From Thalia democratica (taxonomy: Eukaryota): a stretch of 64,000 nucleotides of DNA. Of the stretch, positions 26,642 through 39,337 are shown one piece after another. The DNA lies in NCBI GenBank assembly GCA_965202585.1, contig OZ241826.1, positions 77,190,001 to 77,254,000 on the forward strand. The letters are read 5' to 3'. The notes under the pieces are model-generated. The model was not told the DNA's origin. It was given only the letters and a program-made list of their open reading frames with translations, and made no database searches. The first letter of the stretch is position 1, and each line of letters begins with the position of its first letter. A program made the translations under genes and the position numbers.

Positions 26642-27373
26642 ATGATAACGCTGAAAAAAGATAACAAGAAGCAGTTGGACACAGAAGTCTTCACCAACTT
26701 GCAATGGAGCGATGACAGCAAGCTCTTCCACAAGTACAGGCTGGCAGTCACCACCTACATGGTCTCCATGATACTGAGGGACTTCTACTGCGGCTACTAC
26801 TCTTCCGTCTTCCACTACACGTGGTTCTTCACCAACTGGCAGATCCTGTGGATCACCTCCTACAACCTCCTGTCTCTTTCAACGTACCGGGCCATCGAAG
26901 ACAACAAACCTGTGAGCAGCAGGCACCTGAAGTGGCAGATGTACCTCCAGTCGTTCGGCTTCAACTCCTCCTTCACCGTCATGACGTTTTTCTGGTTGCT
27001 GCTGGCTTCTAGGACGGACAAGCCTCTGTGGTCGCTGCACAACTTGCACGTCCACTGCTTTTCGTTCTTGCTCATGCTGGCAGACGCGATGGTGACCAAG
27101 ACTCCGGTGCTGAAAGAGCATTTCGTCTACACTGTGTTCGGGGGCATGGTGTATACTTTTTACACATTTTTGTTGTACCAGTTCAGCGTTGTCACTGATG
27201 TTTACTTCTTTTTGAACTGGGCGAACCGTTCCACTGTTTTTGTTGGAATTGGTTTCAGCTTGTTTAGTGGCGTTGCTGGACATAGTTTACTGTATTTTCT
27301 GTTTAAACTAAGGTCAGTTTTACACAGAAAATACGTAAAAAAAGAAGCCTTAGCTAAATACGAGTTGGTATAA
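26642..27373 (+). CDS. Rolling-stone-like (FAR-17a/AIG1-like family) multi-pass membrane protein, 243 aa, single coding exon
   Basis: Uninterrupted ORF with strong C/G-ending codon bias and several hydrophobic helices. Motifs WFFTNW, LHVH..F.LML.D, P.LKEHFVY..FGG.VY..Y, VYFFLNW resemble the rost/AIG1 family pattern. Confidence 0.85.
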   Translation: MITLKKDNKKQLDTEVFTNLQWSDDSKLFHKYRLAVTTYMVSMILRDFYCGYYSSVFHYTWFFTNWQILWITSYNLLSLSTYRAIEDNKPVSSRHLKWQMYLQSFGFNSSFTVMTFFWLLLASRTDKPLWSLHNLHVHCFSFLLMLADAMVTKTPVLKEHFVYTVFGGMVYTFYTFLLYQFSVVTDVYFFLNWANRSTVFVGIGFSLFSGVAGHSLLYFLFKLRSVLHRKYVKKEALAKYELV

Positions 27374-30300
27374 AATTTTAAAACATACTTTGATTGTTTT
27401 ATTAAATGTTGCTGAGAGAATTATATATTTTTATTTAAATATTAATTGTTTTACTCACTATAGAATTATTTATAATCCAAATTTAAATTACTACTGTGAA
27501 AATATTTTTAGAGAGTTTTTTACTAAAATATTTAATTACAAATAAAAAACAATATGTACTTTTTTAAATGACAAAAAAATAATTAGTATACCTTCATATA
27601 CAAATATTATATTTAATAATAAAAAACCAGAAAAATTACCTACATTAATCAAATTATAAAACAGGTATAAAACCTTTTGATATTTATACTATATTAATTG
27701 TCTATTTTATTGATGTTTTTTATTTATCGTCAATGTGATAAAAATATTTAACAGTAGAAATAATTAATTTTAGTTAAACCAAAGTTTTAAACATTTTATT
27801 GTTAATTTATGTAAAACTATTTGAAGTTTTCTATCAACTGTTTTATTTGTAAAGTTTTGTCTATAACTGTTGACACTACCTATTTTTGTTTTATATATGT
27901 TTAAGATTTTAACTATGTTAATCAAGCATTTATAATTTCAGTTCATTTTCTTAAATTTTTTTTTAAGATCTAAGTACTAATCTAAAAATAAGGTTATAAA
28001 AGTTTAATGTTATTATTTATCGTTATATCTATTAAATATTTCATAACATTCCTTTTACGAATTTAAAACTGTTAAATCTAATTTTGATATTAAAATATTT
28101 GAATTTTTTTTTATTTTTAGAAATTTTAGAGCTTACAATTGAAATATAAGCAATCATTATTTATTTTTAAGCTTGTGTTATCTTTCCGTGAAATGAAAAT
28201 GGAAAGTCAAACTAGTTACCATTTTTTTTGTCTTTTGGCCAACTCTGCTTTACTTTTTTTAGTTCAATTTTAGTTAAGTTAGTTTTTTACGCCTACATAA
28301 AAATAGCAGCTATACTGTTAAAAAAGTAACAGTTGCTGTTTGAATAAAATATAAAAGCATTAATTTTTTTTTCACATTTTTTAGCTAATTGAAAAGCTCT
28401 TTTTTTTCTATAAGACAATTAAATTATTGATGGTTCATTTTTATCATAAAAATAGATTTAAAAATTAATAAAACAAAACATATATTTTAAATTTTTGAAA
28501 ACAGCTTAATATATTTATCTGCACAAATTCAATTTTTGTATGATTTAGGCATTTATTACTTAAAGCATCTGTTGGTTTCTTGATTTGAATAGTACATTTA
28601 TAATAAACAAAAAAGTATTGGGTATAAAATAAAAAATCTCCTTACTAGTTATAGTCAAATAATTGGTAACTTTTCAATTGAAATATTTTAAGTTTTTAAG
28701 CATAAATTAAAAAGACAACATTCAGCATGTTTTATAGAACCTAATTTATACAGGTTTGTATCTAAAATTGTTATAGTTAATGTTAAATGTAAAATTTTAA
28801 CTTCATTATTTAAAAGTTATATTGTCTTAATTTGTGAGAACCGTAGTTATTAAGTAAGAGTTTAATAGAGGGTGAGTTTGATTTTCTCTGCTGTTAAAGG
28901 TGGAAGGACCTAGCTTTAAGTTTACACATTTATTCATACTTTTTGAGTTTTAAATATTTGTAAAATTAAAAACACTAGTAAGAAATGTTAACTTTGATAA
29001 ATAACACAGTTTAAATGTTTGATATTGTAAATTATTTCGTGTTTATCTTAATAAAACGTTCATTACTTCAAAAACTATGTAAAAATTAAACATGTATAAA
29101 ACGGAACTAATTTAATTGAAATCTACCCTTCTTTCAAGAGTATTTATGAAAATATCTACCCTATATAATACTTTAATCCACTTTGAATAAATACTGATAG
29201 CTATGCATTCTGTTTCTGGTTGTATATTTTATTTAATTAAAAAAAACATTTAAAAAGAAAAAGTAGTTAATAAAAATTAATTTGAGATTTTTTAAATGAA
29301 GTTTGTGCTTTTCCTAAATTGTTAAGAATTTATATTTCATTAATAACTTTCTGTATTTTTTTGTCTTTAAAATGCAAAATGTTTTGATAAGTAGTTTATT
29401 TTTGTTTTTAATGCTTATTAAGAATTATTAAGAATTAATGCTTATTAGTTTTGTTTTTGATAAAGTTTAGTTTTTTATTAATCACTAAAGTACTTATTAG
29501 TTTAGCATTCTCAAGTATTTTTTATTTTTACGACATGAAAGATGATGCAAAATCGTTTGAGTATTTTCCATTTTCTTAGTAAAATTATTATTTTTTAATT
29601 TTTATAGCTATTCAATCAAATGATCTTTTAACCATTTTATAAGCGTGCTAAAATTTTAATTTTTTAGTTTTACTCCTGTAATCTATTTATTAAATCGATT
29701 AGTAAACTGATATTTAAAGAAAATAGAATTCAACTAATAACAATTTAACACTTCTAGGTTTAAAAACTGAGAATGCTACAAGATTTTTTTTTTTGTTAAA
29801 GCTTGTAATAATAATAGTTTAAAACTACAGTTATAATTTGTAGAAATTTATTTAACGTTTAATGCAAAGTTGTTTACATAAGTTAAACTATAAAAAATAA
29901 TTTTATTATTGGTTGTTTAGTAATAAATACGTTCAAGTTCCTAAATTTATTTGAATTAATTTGCAGTAAGACAATTTCTAAAACTAATTTCGAAAATCTG
30001 TTTAGCTTTCAATTTAAGTATATTATCATTTAGTTTAAATATGTAGTCACGTAAAAAGCAGTATTTTTGTGTGTAGTTTCTTTTAACTTATCATTGGAAT
30101 TATATTTGATGTTGTACACTAAGTTTTTAGAGCTGTCCTTACTGTAGCTAATCAAAGTAATTAACCTGACTAACATATAAGACCTAACTTAAAATGTCAA
30201 AATGTTTTTCTTGCTACCTGTTGATACTGCTTTCATTTGACCTTTCGAGCTAGTTTATTTTTTAATTCAAAAACTATTTTTAAAGCAATGTTAAAAAGAC

Positions 30301-33075
30301 TTCTAAAATTACAACGCCGGTCAGTCTGAAGACTAGAGTATTGAAAATGTTAACATGTCCGAAAAGATTATTAGTGTTTTTTATAAATGACACAATTTTT
30401 TTCTCAATCTCTTTGAAAGACTTTTTTTCCAAAGATGTTTTGTTTTTAAGTAAAAATCTAAACAACAACTTTTACCTAACATGTTTTACCATTTGTTTTC
30501 AGCAGTTACCTTGAAAACTCGACGTGAACCAGATTTTAAATCTATTGTATACACTTAACATGAAATAGTTTTACTATTCATATCCAATTAACAAATTTAA
30601 ACCTTGTACATCAAGTCTTAACACTGATTTTGAACAAATTTAAATATTTTCATTTTATAAAAAGTATATATGGTAGGTTGCAGTTTATAAATATACATGT
30701 TATTAGGTATATAAAGTTTTATAATTGCTCAAAACTTAATTTTAAGAGTTTCAAGCTAAAATTTTTGTCCCTAGACTTATAAAATACTTTACTGAATATA
30801 AATAGTATTAAATGGACTTTCTTATAAACCTAGTACCTAGAGTACCTTACGTAAGTTATAACCTCATACATATTTAATTTGAAGTATAGTATTTTCTCGC
30901 TTGAGTGAGTACTTAAAACACAAAAAAAAAAGCGTGTTCATGAAGTTATATATAAATATTCTCACTTTAAACTTAACTTTAATATATTAAAAGTAGATAA
31001 TATATCAATAGATGTACTATTTTCTGTGAAGTTGACAATAACAGCAAACAAGTATTTAAAAAGAATGTTCAAAATTTTGCAAATGATATGTTTGTGATTA
31101 CTTTGTTGTCCTACAACTGAGCTAAATTTTGTGTTTTAATGGTGCACAGTATTTAACTACAGTGATTTTTATTAATTAGTTAAAAATATGTTGTGTGTTC
31201 TTTAGTATTTTTGTACCTACTCTTTACATTTTTCAACAACACAACACATAAAATAGTTTTTTAAACATTAATTACAGAACGACTTTTTTTGATCAAAATA
31301 AAAAAAGAGTATTTTAAACACAATATTATTTGCCATAAAAAAAGTGCGTACCAAACTGTAAGTGCAGACTTGAAAATAATGTATTTCTAACATCGGGAGG
31401 TTACTTTTTACTTAAAATCTACATAACCTTTAACAGTAAAAAATCTGGTAGTAGAGTTGTTCTGAAATGGTTAAGTATTCTACCTTAAGAAGAATGTTAG
31501 AGAAAGGTTAAAAGCAACGTATGCCCTATCATTATAACGAATTTTAACATATCAAAACTAGTAGTCATAAGTTAGATACGTAGTTAGTGCCAATTTTAAA
31601 ATTTTGTTATAAAAACTTTTTTGTATTTGCATTCTTGAAGTATTTAAAAATATGTATTTTTTATTGAACGACAAAAAAGCCGTCAAAATAAACTGAAGGT
31701 TTGGTCCTAAGACCTGGTGATTGAAGAACCTTTCGGTTATGGAGTCGCACACCACTGATATCTTTTAACATCTTGTCAAGGACAATAAGTGCTAATCAAC
31801 ACTAAAACAAAAAATATCCAAATTTGAAATAGTATTTACTTATTAATGAACTTGTAATCAGTATTATTTTATTGATGCTCCTGCTTAAATTAAATTGGTT
31901 TGGTTAAAAGTATCAGCAAACTGTTGAACTGCCAATCTCTGATTAGAACTTTTATAATTATGACATGGTAAACATTAAAAAATCTAGTGTAACTAGAAAA
32001 AAACAGAGATGTAAATTTAATATTTTGCGGTTCATATAGTTCTACATCATAAGGTAAAAAGCTATAGAAAGTATAAAGTAGATTAAAGGTCATTTTACAT
32101 TTGAACAATTGAATATTTTTTATATATTTTAATTTTAATACCTGGAGTCTTACTTTTTTCAAAGAAACTACAGTTTTATACATTTAATTCGAAGCTAGCA
32201 AAATTTTAAGCTTTTGAGTAAATACTTTGGAGTTTTTCAAGTATAAAGCAATTTTAATACTTTTTAAGTACTCAATTTTTAACTGTTAATTATTACAACA
32301 TTAATATAAAATAGTGAAAAAGAGTGTGTCTCAAGTCAGCAAATAAAAAAAAGTAATTTTAATGAACAGCATTAAAATTTATATTAAGTTTGAAGTTGTT
32401 TTAAATCTAACTGTTAATTTTTTCCAATATATAATGTTAGTTATTTTAAAATTACAACTACTAAAAATGTTACAAAAATTTTACTTTATATACGCTATTT
32501 ATTAAAAAGTGAAAAAAGTTGGAAGCTTTTTAAAGAAAAAGTTTTATTTTCTTAAAAAAATAAAATAAAACAAGAGTAATCATCATTTTATTTCAGAACT
32601 TTAGCTGAAAGAAAATAAAAAATAATTTTAAAGACTTATGTACTTAATCCATTAAGATACTTCTGATTCAACAAGACATAATGGTTTTTCATTACCTGAA
32701 AATATAAAACAAATGTAAAGTCCTTTTTTTTATGTTCAATCGTTGAACTTCACACTTTTAAATTAACTGTTAATTAATAAAACTTATAAAAAACCGTAGA
32801 ACAACTATTATCTAAACTAAATAAAGACTATGGAATAATAAAATAAGAGTCAGTGATTTAAAAGTACGTAAAATGTCTTTATAAGGAGAAGTTTGTTCAA
32901 TCTTGATGTTTAAATTGAATTTAGTCACTATAATGTATAGAAATGAACTAAAAATTTTCCTAATAAAACTTTAAATAGATATTAAGTATACAGTTTTCGT
33001 AAAAATAAATTAGAAAAAATAAATTTGCTTTTGTTGTGTTCTTTTTTGTTAATTAAACCAAAAAAAAACCTTTTG

Positions 33076-35843
33076 TTAGTTCTCTACTACAGTATCTGCA
33101 TATATCTTATTATAGTCAACATTATTATCAACGTAGTTTTTCTTTGGATCTGCTAAATCAATATAAACTGATATTTTACCATCTTCAGAACTCGTACACA
33201 CTGTTTATTTATGAACATTTTTAGGCTTGAACGTGAATTTCTTTCGAAAATAAACAAGAAATAAGAAGAACAAAGGTTAATTTTTTATTTATAAGTCTTT
33301 TTTTATAAGTTATTTTATAAGCCTAATTTAGAAAATTAATGGAATGTAAAATAAATGCAAATAACTTAAACAAAAAATATTATTTTAGAGAAGTTTTTAT
33401 ATAATTGTATACGAAAAATCTGCTTTAAATCACACTATTTTTTTAAATTATCTATTTCAAATAAAAACTTTTAAGTAGTTGTTATACTAAAATTTATAGA
33501 AATTGGTTAAAAGCAAAAGCTTCGCGTGTAAAAAATTAAAAATCTACAGATACTAAAAAGTAGTTATAAAAAATCAAAAATATGTAATTGTTTACCAAAT
33601 ATAAAAGTTTATGTTTCTTCTAGTTTATTTTATTGTTACTAAAGTAAGTATACTTGAAACTTAAAAGAAATCCGATATAACAAATTGTTTACTCTAATAG
33701 AGATCTTCATTTGTAATTGAAACTTTAATCAAGTAAAAATTAATTATAACTTTTTTCTTCTTGAATTTAATTTGAGAACTTTTAAAAGTGTTACGCTTAA
33801 AGCGAACGTCATGCAATATTTAAAAATAACGAACACTAACTTTGTTTACTTTGATCTTCTGCATCAACATAAACTGCTTTTGTATCATCTTCAGAATTTG
33901 TATCAACTGTTTATTTATTAAATGTATTAGTCTTTAAAGTGTTTGTTTTAGAAAAGTATATGAGTCTTGTGAAGAACAATATTAAAAAAAAAAACGCTTT
34001 TTAAAGGTCTTGTTTAAATCCTTAAGCTAAAAAATTATTTTATAAGTCTAAATTAGAAAATTAATGGAATGTAAAATAAATGCAAATAATTTAAACAAAA
34101 AATATTATTTTAGAGAAGTTTTTATATCATTTTATACGAAAAATCTGCTTCAAATCACACTATTTCTTTAAATTATCTATTTTAAATAAAAACTTTTAAG
34201 TACTTGTTATACTAAAATTTATAGAAATTGGTTAAAAGCAAAAGCTTCGCGTGTAAAAAATTAAAAATCTACAGATACTAAAAAGTAGTTATAAAAAATC
34301 AAAAATATATAATTGTTTACCAAATATAAAAGTTTATGTTTCTTCTAGTTTATATTATTGTTACTAAAGTAAGTATACTTGAAACTTATAAGAAATCCGA
34401 TATAACAAATTGTTTACTCTAATAGAGATCTTCATTTGTAATTGAAACTTTAATCAAGTAAAAATTAATTATAACTTTTTTCTTCTTGAATTTAATTTGA
34501 GAACTTTTAAAGGTGTTACGCTTAAAGCGAACATCATACAATATTTAAAAATAACGAACACTAACTCTGTTTACTTTGATCTTCTGCATCAACATAAACT
34601 GCTTTTGTATCATCTTCAGAATTTGTATAAACTGTTTATTTATTAAATGTATTAGTCTTTAAAGTGTTTGTCTTAGAAAAGTATATGAGTCTTGTGAAGA
34701 ACAATATTAAAAAAAAAACGATTTTTAAAGGTCTTGTTTGAAAATCCTTAAGCTAAAAAACTTAAAAATTAAAATGAAGAAACTAATAATGTACAGGTTT
34801 TTATTTAATTTGAGTATCTACAAATCCTGTATTGGTTCATTAAAAGCATGAGAAAGAAAAATTAGTTTAATAGCTAAAAATTATTTTTTCAATTTTATAG
34901 TTTACTTAATAAACATATCATAAAAAAACTAACTGTGTTTAGTTGGGGGATCTGGCAAAGTTTCATAAAAGTTTGTTGGAGTTTCTGTAAATTAAGATAC
35001 TTTATTTTTTGAAAAAGCATTGACTTTAATTTAAGTTAATTAGTAGATTTCAGTTTATGACAAAAATTAGTACTACATTAGACTTTTTTTTCTGTCAATT
35101 ATAAAAGAAATGTGACCTAGCTGTATCTAGAATTAAGTTTTTAAAGTAAAACATGTTTAACTTTTTTTTACCAGTTAACTTTTTTGTTTAAAACTAAGTA
35201 AAAATATTTACATACCTTCCATTTCTATCCTCTTTTTGCTTTGTTCTGTTACGTTAAACAATTGCATGAAAGTATTATTTATGAGTTTTTGTTGTATATT
35301 TTGTATCTATTAGGGCTATTAGCATATCAAGATAAATTTTAAGAAAAGCTCATAAACTTAAAACAACAAACTTACTCGTCATAAAATCTTCTTTTTTACT
35401 GTCTTCTGTAAAAACAAATATAAATAATGATTTAAAAAACAAGCTTTTAGTTATAAAAAAGCTATTAAAGGTTTTAATTTAAATTTACAAGCTAGTATAC
35501 GATAAAATGTTTTATTTTTTTAAACAGAATGACAAGTTTTTTTTTACTATGAATCTTACTTATACATTAAATACCACTATAGATCAAAACAATTCAAAAC
35601 TTTAAAGTTATTAGAGACAAATGAGTAAAGTATTAATAAAAATTTATTTTGAACTTAAACAAGTTGCTATTTTTCTATACGTTTTTAGTTTAGGTTGTAT
35701 CAAAAAGTATACTTACTTGAACGTATTGTTTTTAGGTCCAGTTTCTTACAAATACAAACGACAAAAATAAAAATTAAGTTAACTGCAGCATAAGCAAACA
35801 ATGCTATTGGTATATAAATCATAGTTTGACTTTGATAATATAC
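33076..35843 (-). CDS. Unannotated type I single-pass receptor: TM exon plus microexon-encoded Tyr-motif cytoplasmic tail (3' part of gene)
   Basis: TM exon 35843-35717 (CAG|...|GTAAGT): VYYQSQTMIYIPIALFAYAAVNLIFIFVVCICKKLDLKTIRS. Phase 1-1 microexons 35405-35376 (DSKKEDFMT), 35245-35216 (QSKKRIEME), 34631-34575 (YTNSEDDTKAVYVDAEDQ), 33906-33850 (DTNSEDDTKAVYVDAEDQ). Terminal exon 33200-33076 (CTSSEDGKISVYIDLADPKKNYVDNNVDYNKIYADTVVEN*). All junctions keep the frame open. Confidence 0.75.
33311..34760. repeat. Recent tandem duplication, about 725-bp unit, 2 near-identical copies (plus a diverged partial copy at about 33130-33310)
   Basis: GAAAATTAATGGAATG begins at 33331 and 34056 (period 725), and the units align nearly base for base. 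33130-33310 aligns with the last third of the unit at lower identity. Confidence 0.95.
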
Positions 35844-35960
35844 CTGATAAAATTCACAAATTAAAATAGATAGTTTTCAACTTACACAAGGTAACTATTT
35901 TAGTACTATATAACTTTAATGAAGTTGTAAAATATTTTTTGTCTTTGTTTGAGTTTTTAC

Positions 35961-36377
35961 CATGTTTTGAGATAATCTACTTTGAAGTTCACTTTGTTTT
36001 CAAAGAGACGTTTAATTTCAGTTCTATACACACAATTTTTCATTTATATGATTAAATAATTATTTATACTTTGGAGTAAACTAATATTTACCAAGAATTT
36101 ATAAACCTTGCACTAAAAAAATCCATACTTTGTAAAATAACAAAATGCTCGCAACATAAAAATATTACTTTGGTTTTGATTTAAGTTTAAAAACTTATTT
36201 CTCTCACTCTCTTTCTTCAACTAATAAATTAAAATAATAAATACGGTCAAAAAGGTATTTGCTCTTTCTATCTTAAAATAAAACGGTTATTTACATCGCA
36301 AATAGTTGACAGAATATAAATACTTTCCACATAAGCACTTTGAACAAAGCACAAAAGAGCGTATTTAACTGGAAGTG
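35961..36377 (-). CDS. Candidate ectodomain exons of the same receptor (divergent FN3-like)
   Basis: Phase-compatible chain: 36377/36368-36295 (..KYALLCFVQSAYVESIYILSTICD|GTAAAT), 36220-36129 (LKKESERNKFLNLNQNQSNIFMLRAFCYFT|GTATGG), 36023- (KTEIKRLFENK, donor uncertain). The L.(P).T.Y.F.LRA-like spacing suggests FN3 strands E-F. Boundaries are tentative. Confidence 0.4.
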
Positions 36378-39337
36378 CTTACTTAACAAACTGCTAAAAA
36401 AGAAATTGAACACAGAATTTATTAGTTGAAATTGCGTACTCATGCTAAAAAGATGGTAGTTATTTTAACTGAAGTGTTAAACAAGAAGTTGTGTAATGTG
36501 CAATGGGTTTACTATTGATTTTATTTATTTTAGCATGAATATAAAAATACTTTAATCTAACCAACAGTTAAGAGTCACAACCAAATGCTTTCAAAATGCA
36601 TCTTAAATACTCAGTGCTTTATAAATGTTATAGTTGGTTTTTTAAATTAGTTTGTGTCTTTTTTTAAAGCAAACTGTTGTGCGTATTGTTACTTGTAAAC
36701 AATTTTTTAAACAATTTGTTATTCAAAAAAATTAAAACCTAGTATATAAAATATCTCATTTAAAAAAATATTTGCTCTGAGCTTAGTTTATATAAAACTT
36801 AAACATTCCTTTATTAATTTAATTTAAAAAAACATTTTTTTTGCTTTCAAAATATTATCTAAATCATACCTATTTGTACTTAATTAAATATTAAAACTAA
36901 AGTAATAGTTTACTACAATATACCGTATAGTTAGATCTAATTTTTAATTAATTGTAGCAAAACGTAACAACAAATTTTCAAAAAAATGAATACTAAATAA
37001 AGTTTTTAATAATAAGCAAACTTTACTGTTGTAAGAGATGACTAATAAAGATTTTGCGTAACTATTTTACTGCTTTATGACTCACCCGAAGCAACTGTTT
37101 GTTATTTTTACTTTGAATAACAACTTTATCCTTACTTAATATACATAAACTTGTGTTACTGCTTTTAATAAAAAATGTAACTAATTTGTTTATTTGTTTT
37201 TTACAACATTTTACTATCAAACTGTGTATTTTTGACACTTTATTGAGATTTTACATATGTTTTTGATTTTTAACACAGGAATCAAAACTAATTTCAAGAT
37301 AAACGTTTTTTTGAATCTTTTTTTATAAATTTCACGGTTTCAAAAACGTATTAAAAAAAAAACATTATTATATCAATGTTAAGCGAAGTTTTTACGAACA
37401 AACTTTTAAACAGCTCACAGCATAAATCAGATTTTTAGATAAATAAAATGAGCCAGAAAAATGAAAGACATGTATAGGAACATTAAAATTAGGCGTATCG
37501 TTAAAGAAACAGTTTAATAGAAAAGCAAACAACTAGTTATTATTTTTCTCTCCTACTCTAAAACTAAAATAACTTACAGTCAAATACTTATGAAACAGGA
37601 AAGTGATACATTTTTTATTTCATTTCAAATCTAAACATCTTGGAAATTGATAAAGAATAAGAAAATAAAAATTGAAGCTGATCATCTTAAATGAGGTACA
37701 TATCGCTGCTGAAGCTAACTTAAATAAGATTTTTATTAAAAACAAAACAGACGCTTTCTTTTAGATTATAAATTCAAAGAAATCTAGTGAAAAGCTGAAA
37801 ACTAGTGTTTTATAGGTTAACTATTTTGAAAATTTATCATCAGTTGTTTTGTTCAACATTTATTTAAAAAATCATGTACACAAAAAAAAAAATTTAACTT
37901 TTTAACAATACAATTTAATTTTTTTTAATATTTTTCTTGTAAATAACCTTACACTACTTCGCAGTAAAGCATCATTTCAACTACACACAGCTTTTGAATA
38001 GAGTTAATTTATGATTTTAATACAGAAATAACTAAACATTTACTAACTTTAAATTGTACAGTTTAAACTTTTTTTAATCTATATATTATTTTATTTTACA
38101 ATTTTAAAAGGAAACCAAAAATTAACTAAAAAAACTTAAAAGTAGAACTAAACTTTCTGTAGTTTTTTACAACTTCGTTAACCGTTCACACTTAATAAGT
38201 TTCAGCTAAGACAATATTTGTATTCTTATGTACGTATTTGTAAATAAAACTCATTCTTCCTTATTAGGTTTGATCAAATTTGTTTTTTTCTAATTTTTAC
38301 TGCCTAAAAACTAAGAAAACCTTTAGATTGATGTTACTAAATTATCTTTTAGAAAGGTAAAAAAACAAAAAAAAAACAAAGTATATATATAAATAATAGT
38401 ATGAGCAAATATAAACTTGTTTTCAATTTATTTAAATAAAGGCTAGCAGACTTTTATAAATAAGGGCTAATTGATCGTACTTTATAAAAATGTCTTCAAC
38501 AGGCAACAGTTATTTATTAAAATTTTATATATTTATAAAACGGCACTAAATTTACGCAAAAAATATGATAAAATATGCAATAATAAAGCATTAGTTAATA
38601 ATAACCAAGTTAAGAGCTTAATTCAAATTATTTACGACAAAATACGTTTATTTTTTATTTTTATAGCATATTTTTACCTGAAATCTTCATCTCATCAGCA
38701 TATTTCAAACTTGACTATTTTAATTAAAAAAAATGACGCTCCTTGCGTTTTCGAACACCTAATCGTAGAATATAGCTTTCAGGTCCGCTGTTTGCCGACC
38801 ACTGAGATAAAACAACTGAAGGTCGTCAGTCAAAATAATAATATTACGTCAATATATTGGTTCGATTTAAACATAACAATTATTTTTAGTTTTAAAGTTA
38901 TTTCAAATGTTTATCTTTTATAAAGTAATGATACATTAAGTTTCTAATCTAATTTGAAAATTAAATACTCGTACAATAGTATACTTTACTGTCCAGTTAC
39001 TTTTATTCTAGCTTGACTCTTTTATTGTTCTGTAAAGTTTTGTTTACTTTTAATGAGTAGTGTTTTGTATTTTAAATAAAAGTTTTGATAACGAAGACGT
39101 AAACTTAAGTTAAATAAACAAGTTTGAAGACTAGAAAAGAGAAACTCTAAGCTGCCGAGTCACAAGCAGCTGTTAGTTCACGTTCTAAAAAGTATGGACG
39201 ACTTTTTGAAGTCTTTGGACGATTCTTTGGAGCGCAATAAGGATAATTGGTTAAATTTACGAGGATTGGAGAATGTTGATGAGAAAACGTGCGACTTTTC
39301 CAATGGAAACATCGAAGTATCCTGACATGGCATAAAA

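Noticed and set aside
26572-27283. Five minus-strand ORFs overlapping the rost-like gene
   Set aside because: Antisense shadows caused by high GC3; no recognisable motifs.
38471-38923. Plus ORF 150 aa
   Set aside because: I/K/N/Y/F-rich composition typical of AT-rich non-coding DNA; it also crosses a hAT terminus fragment.
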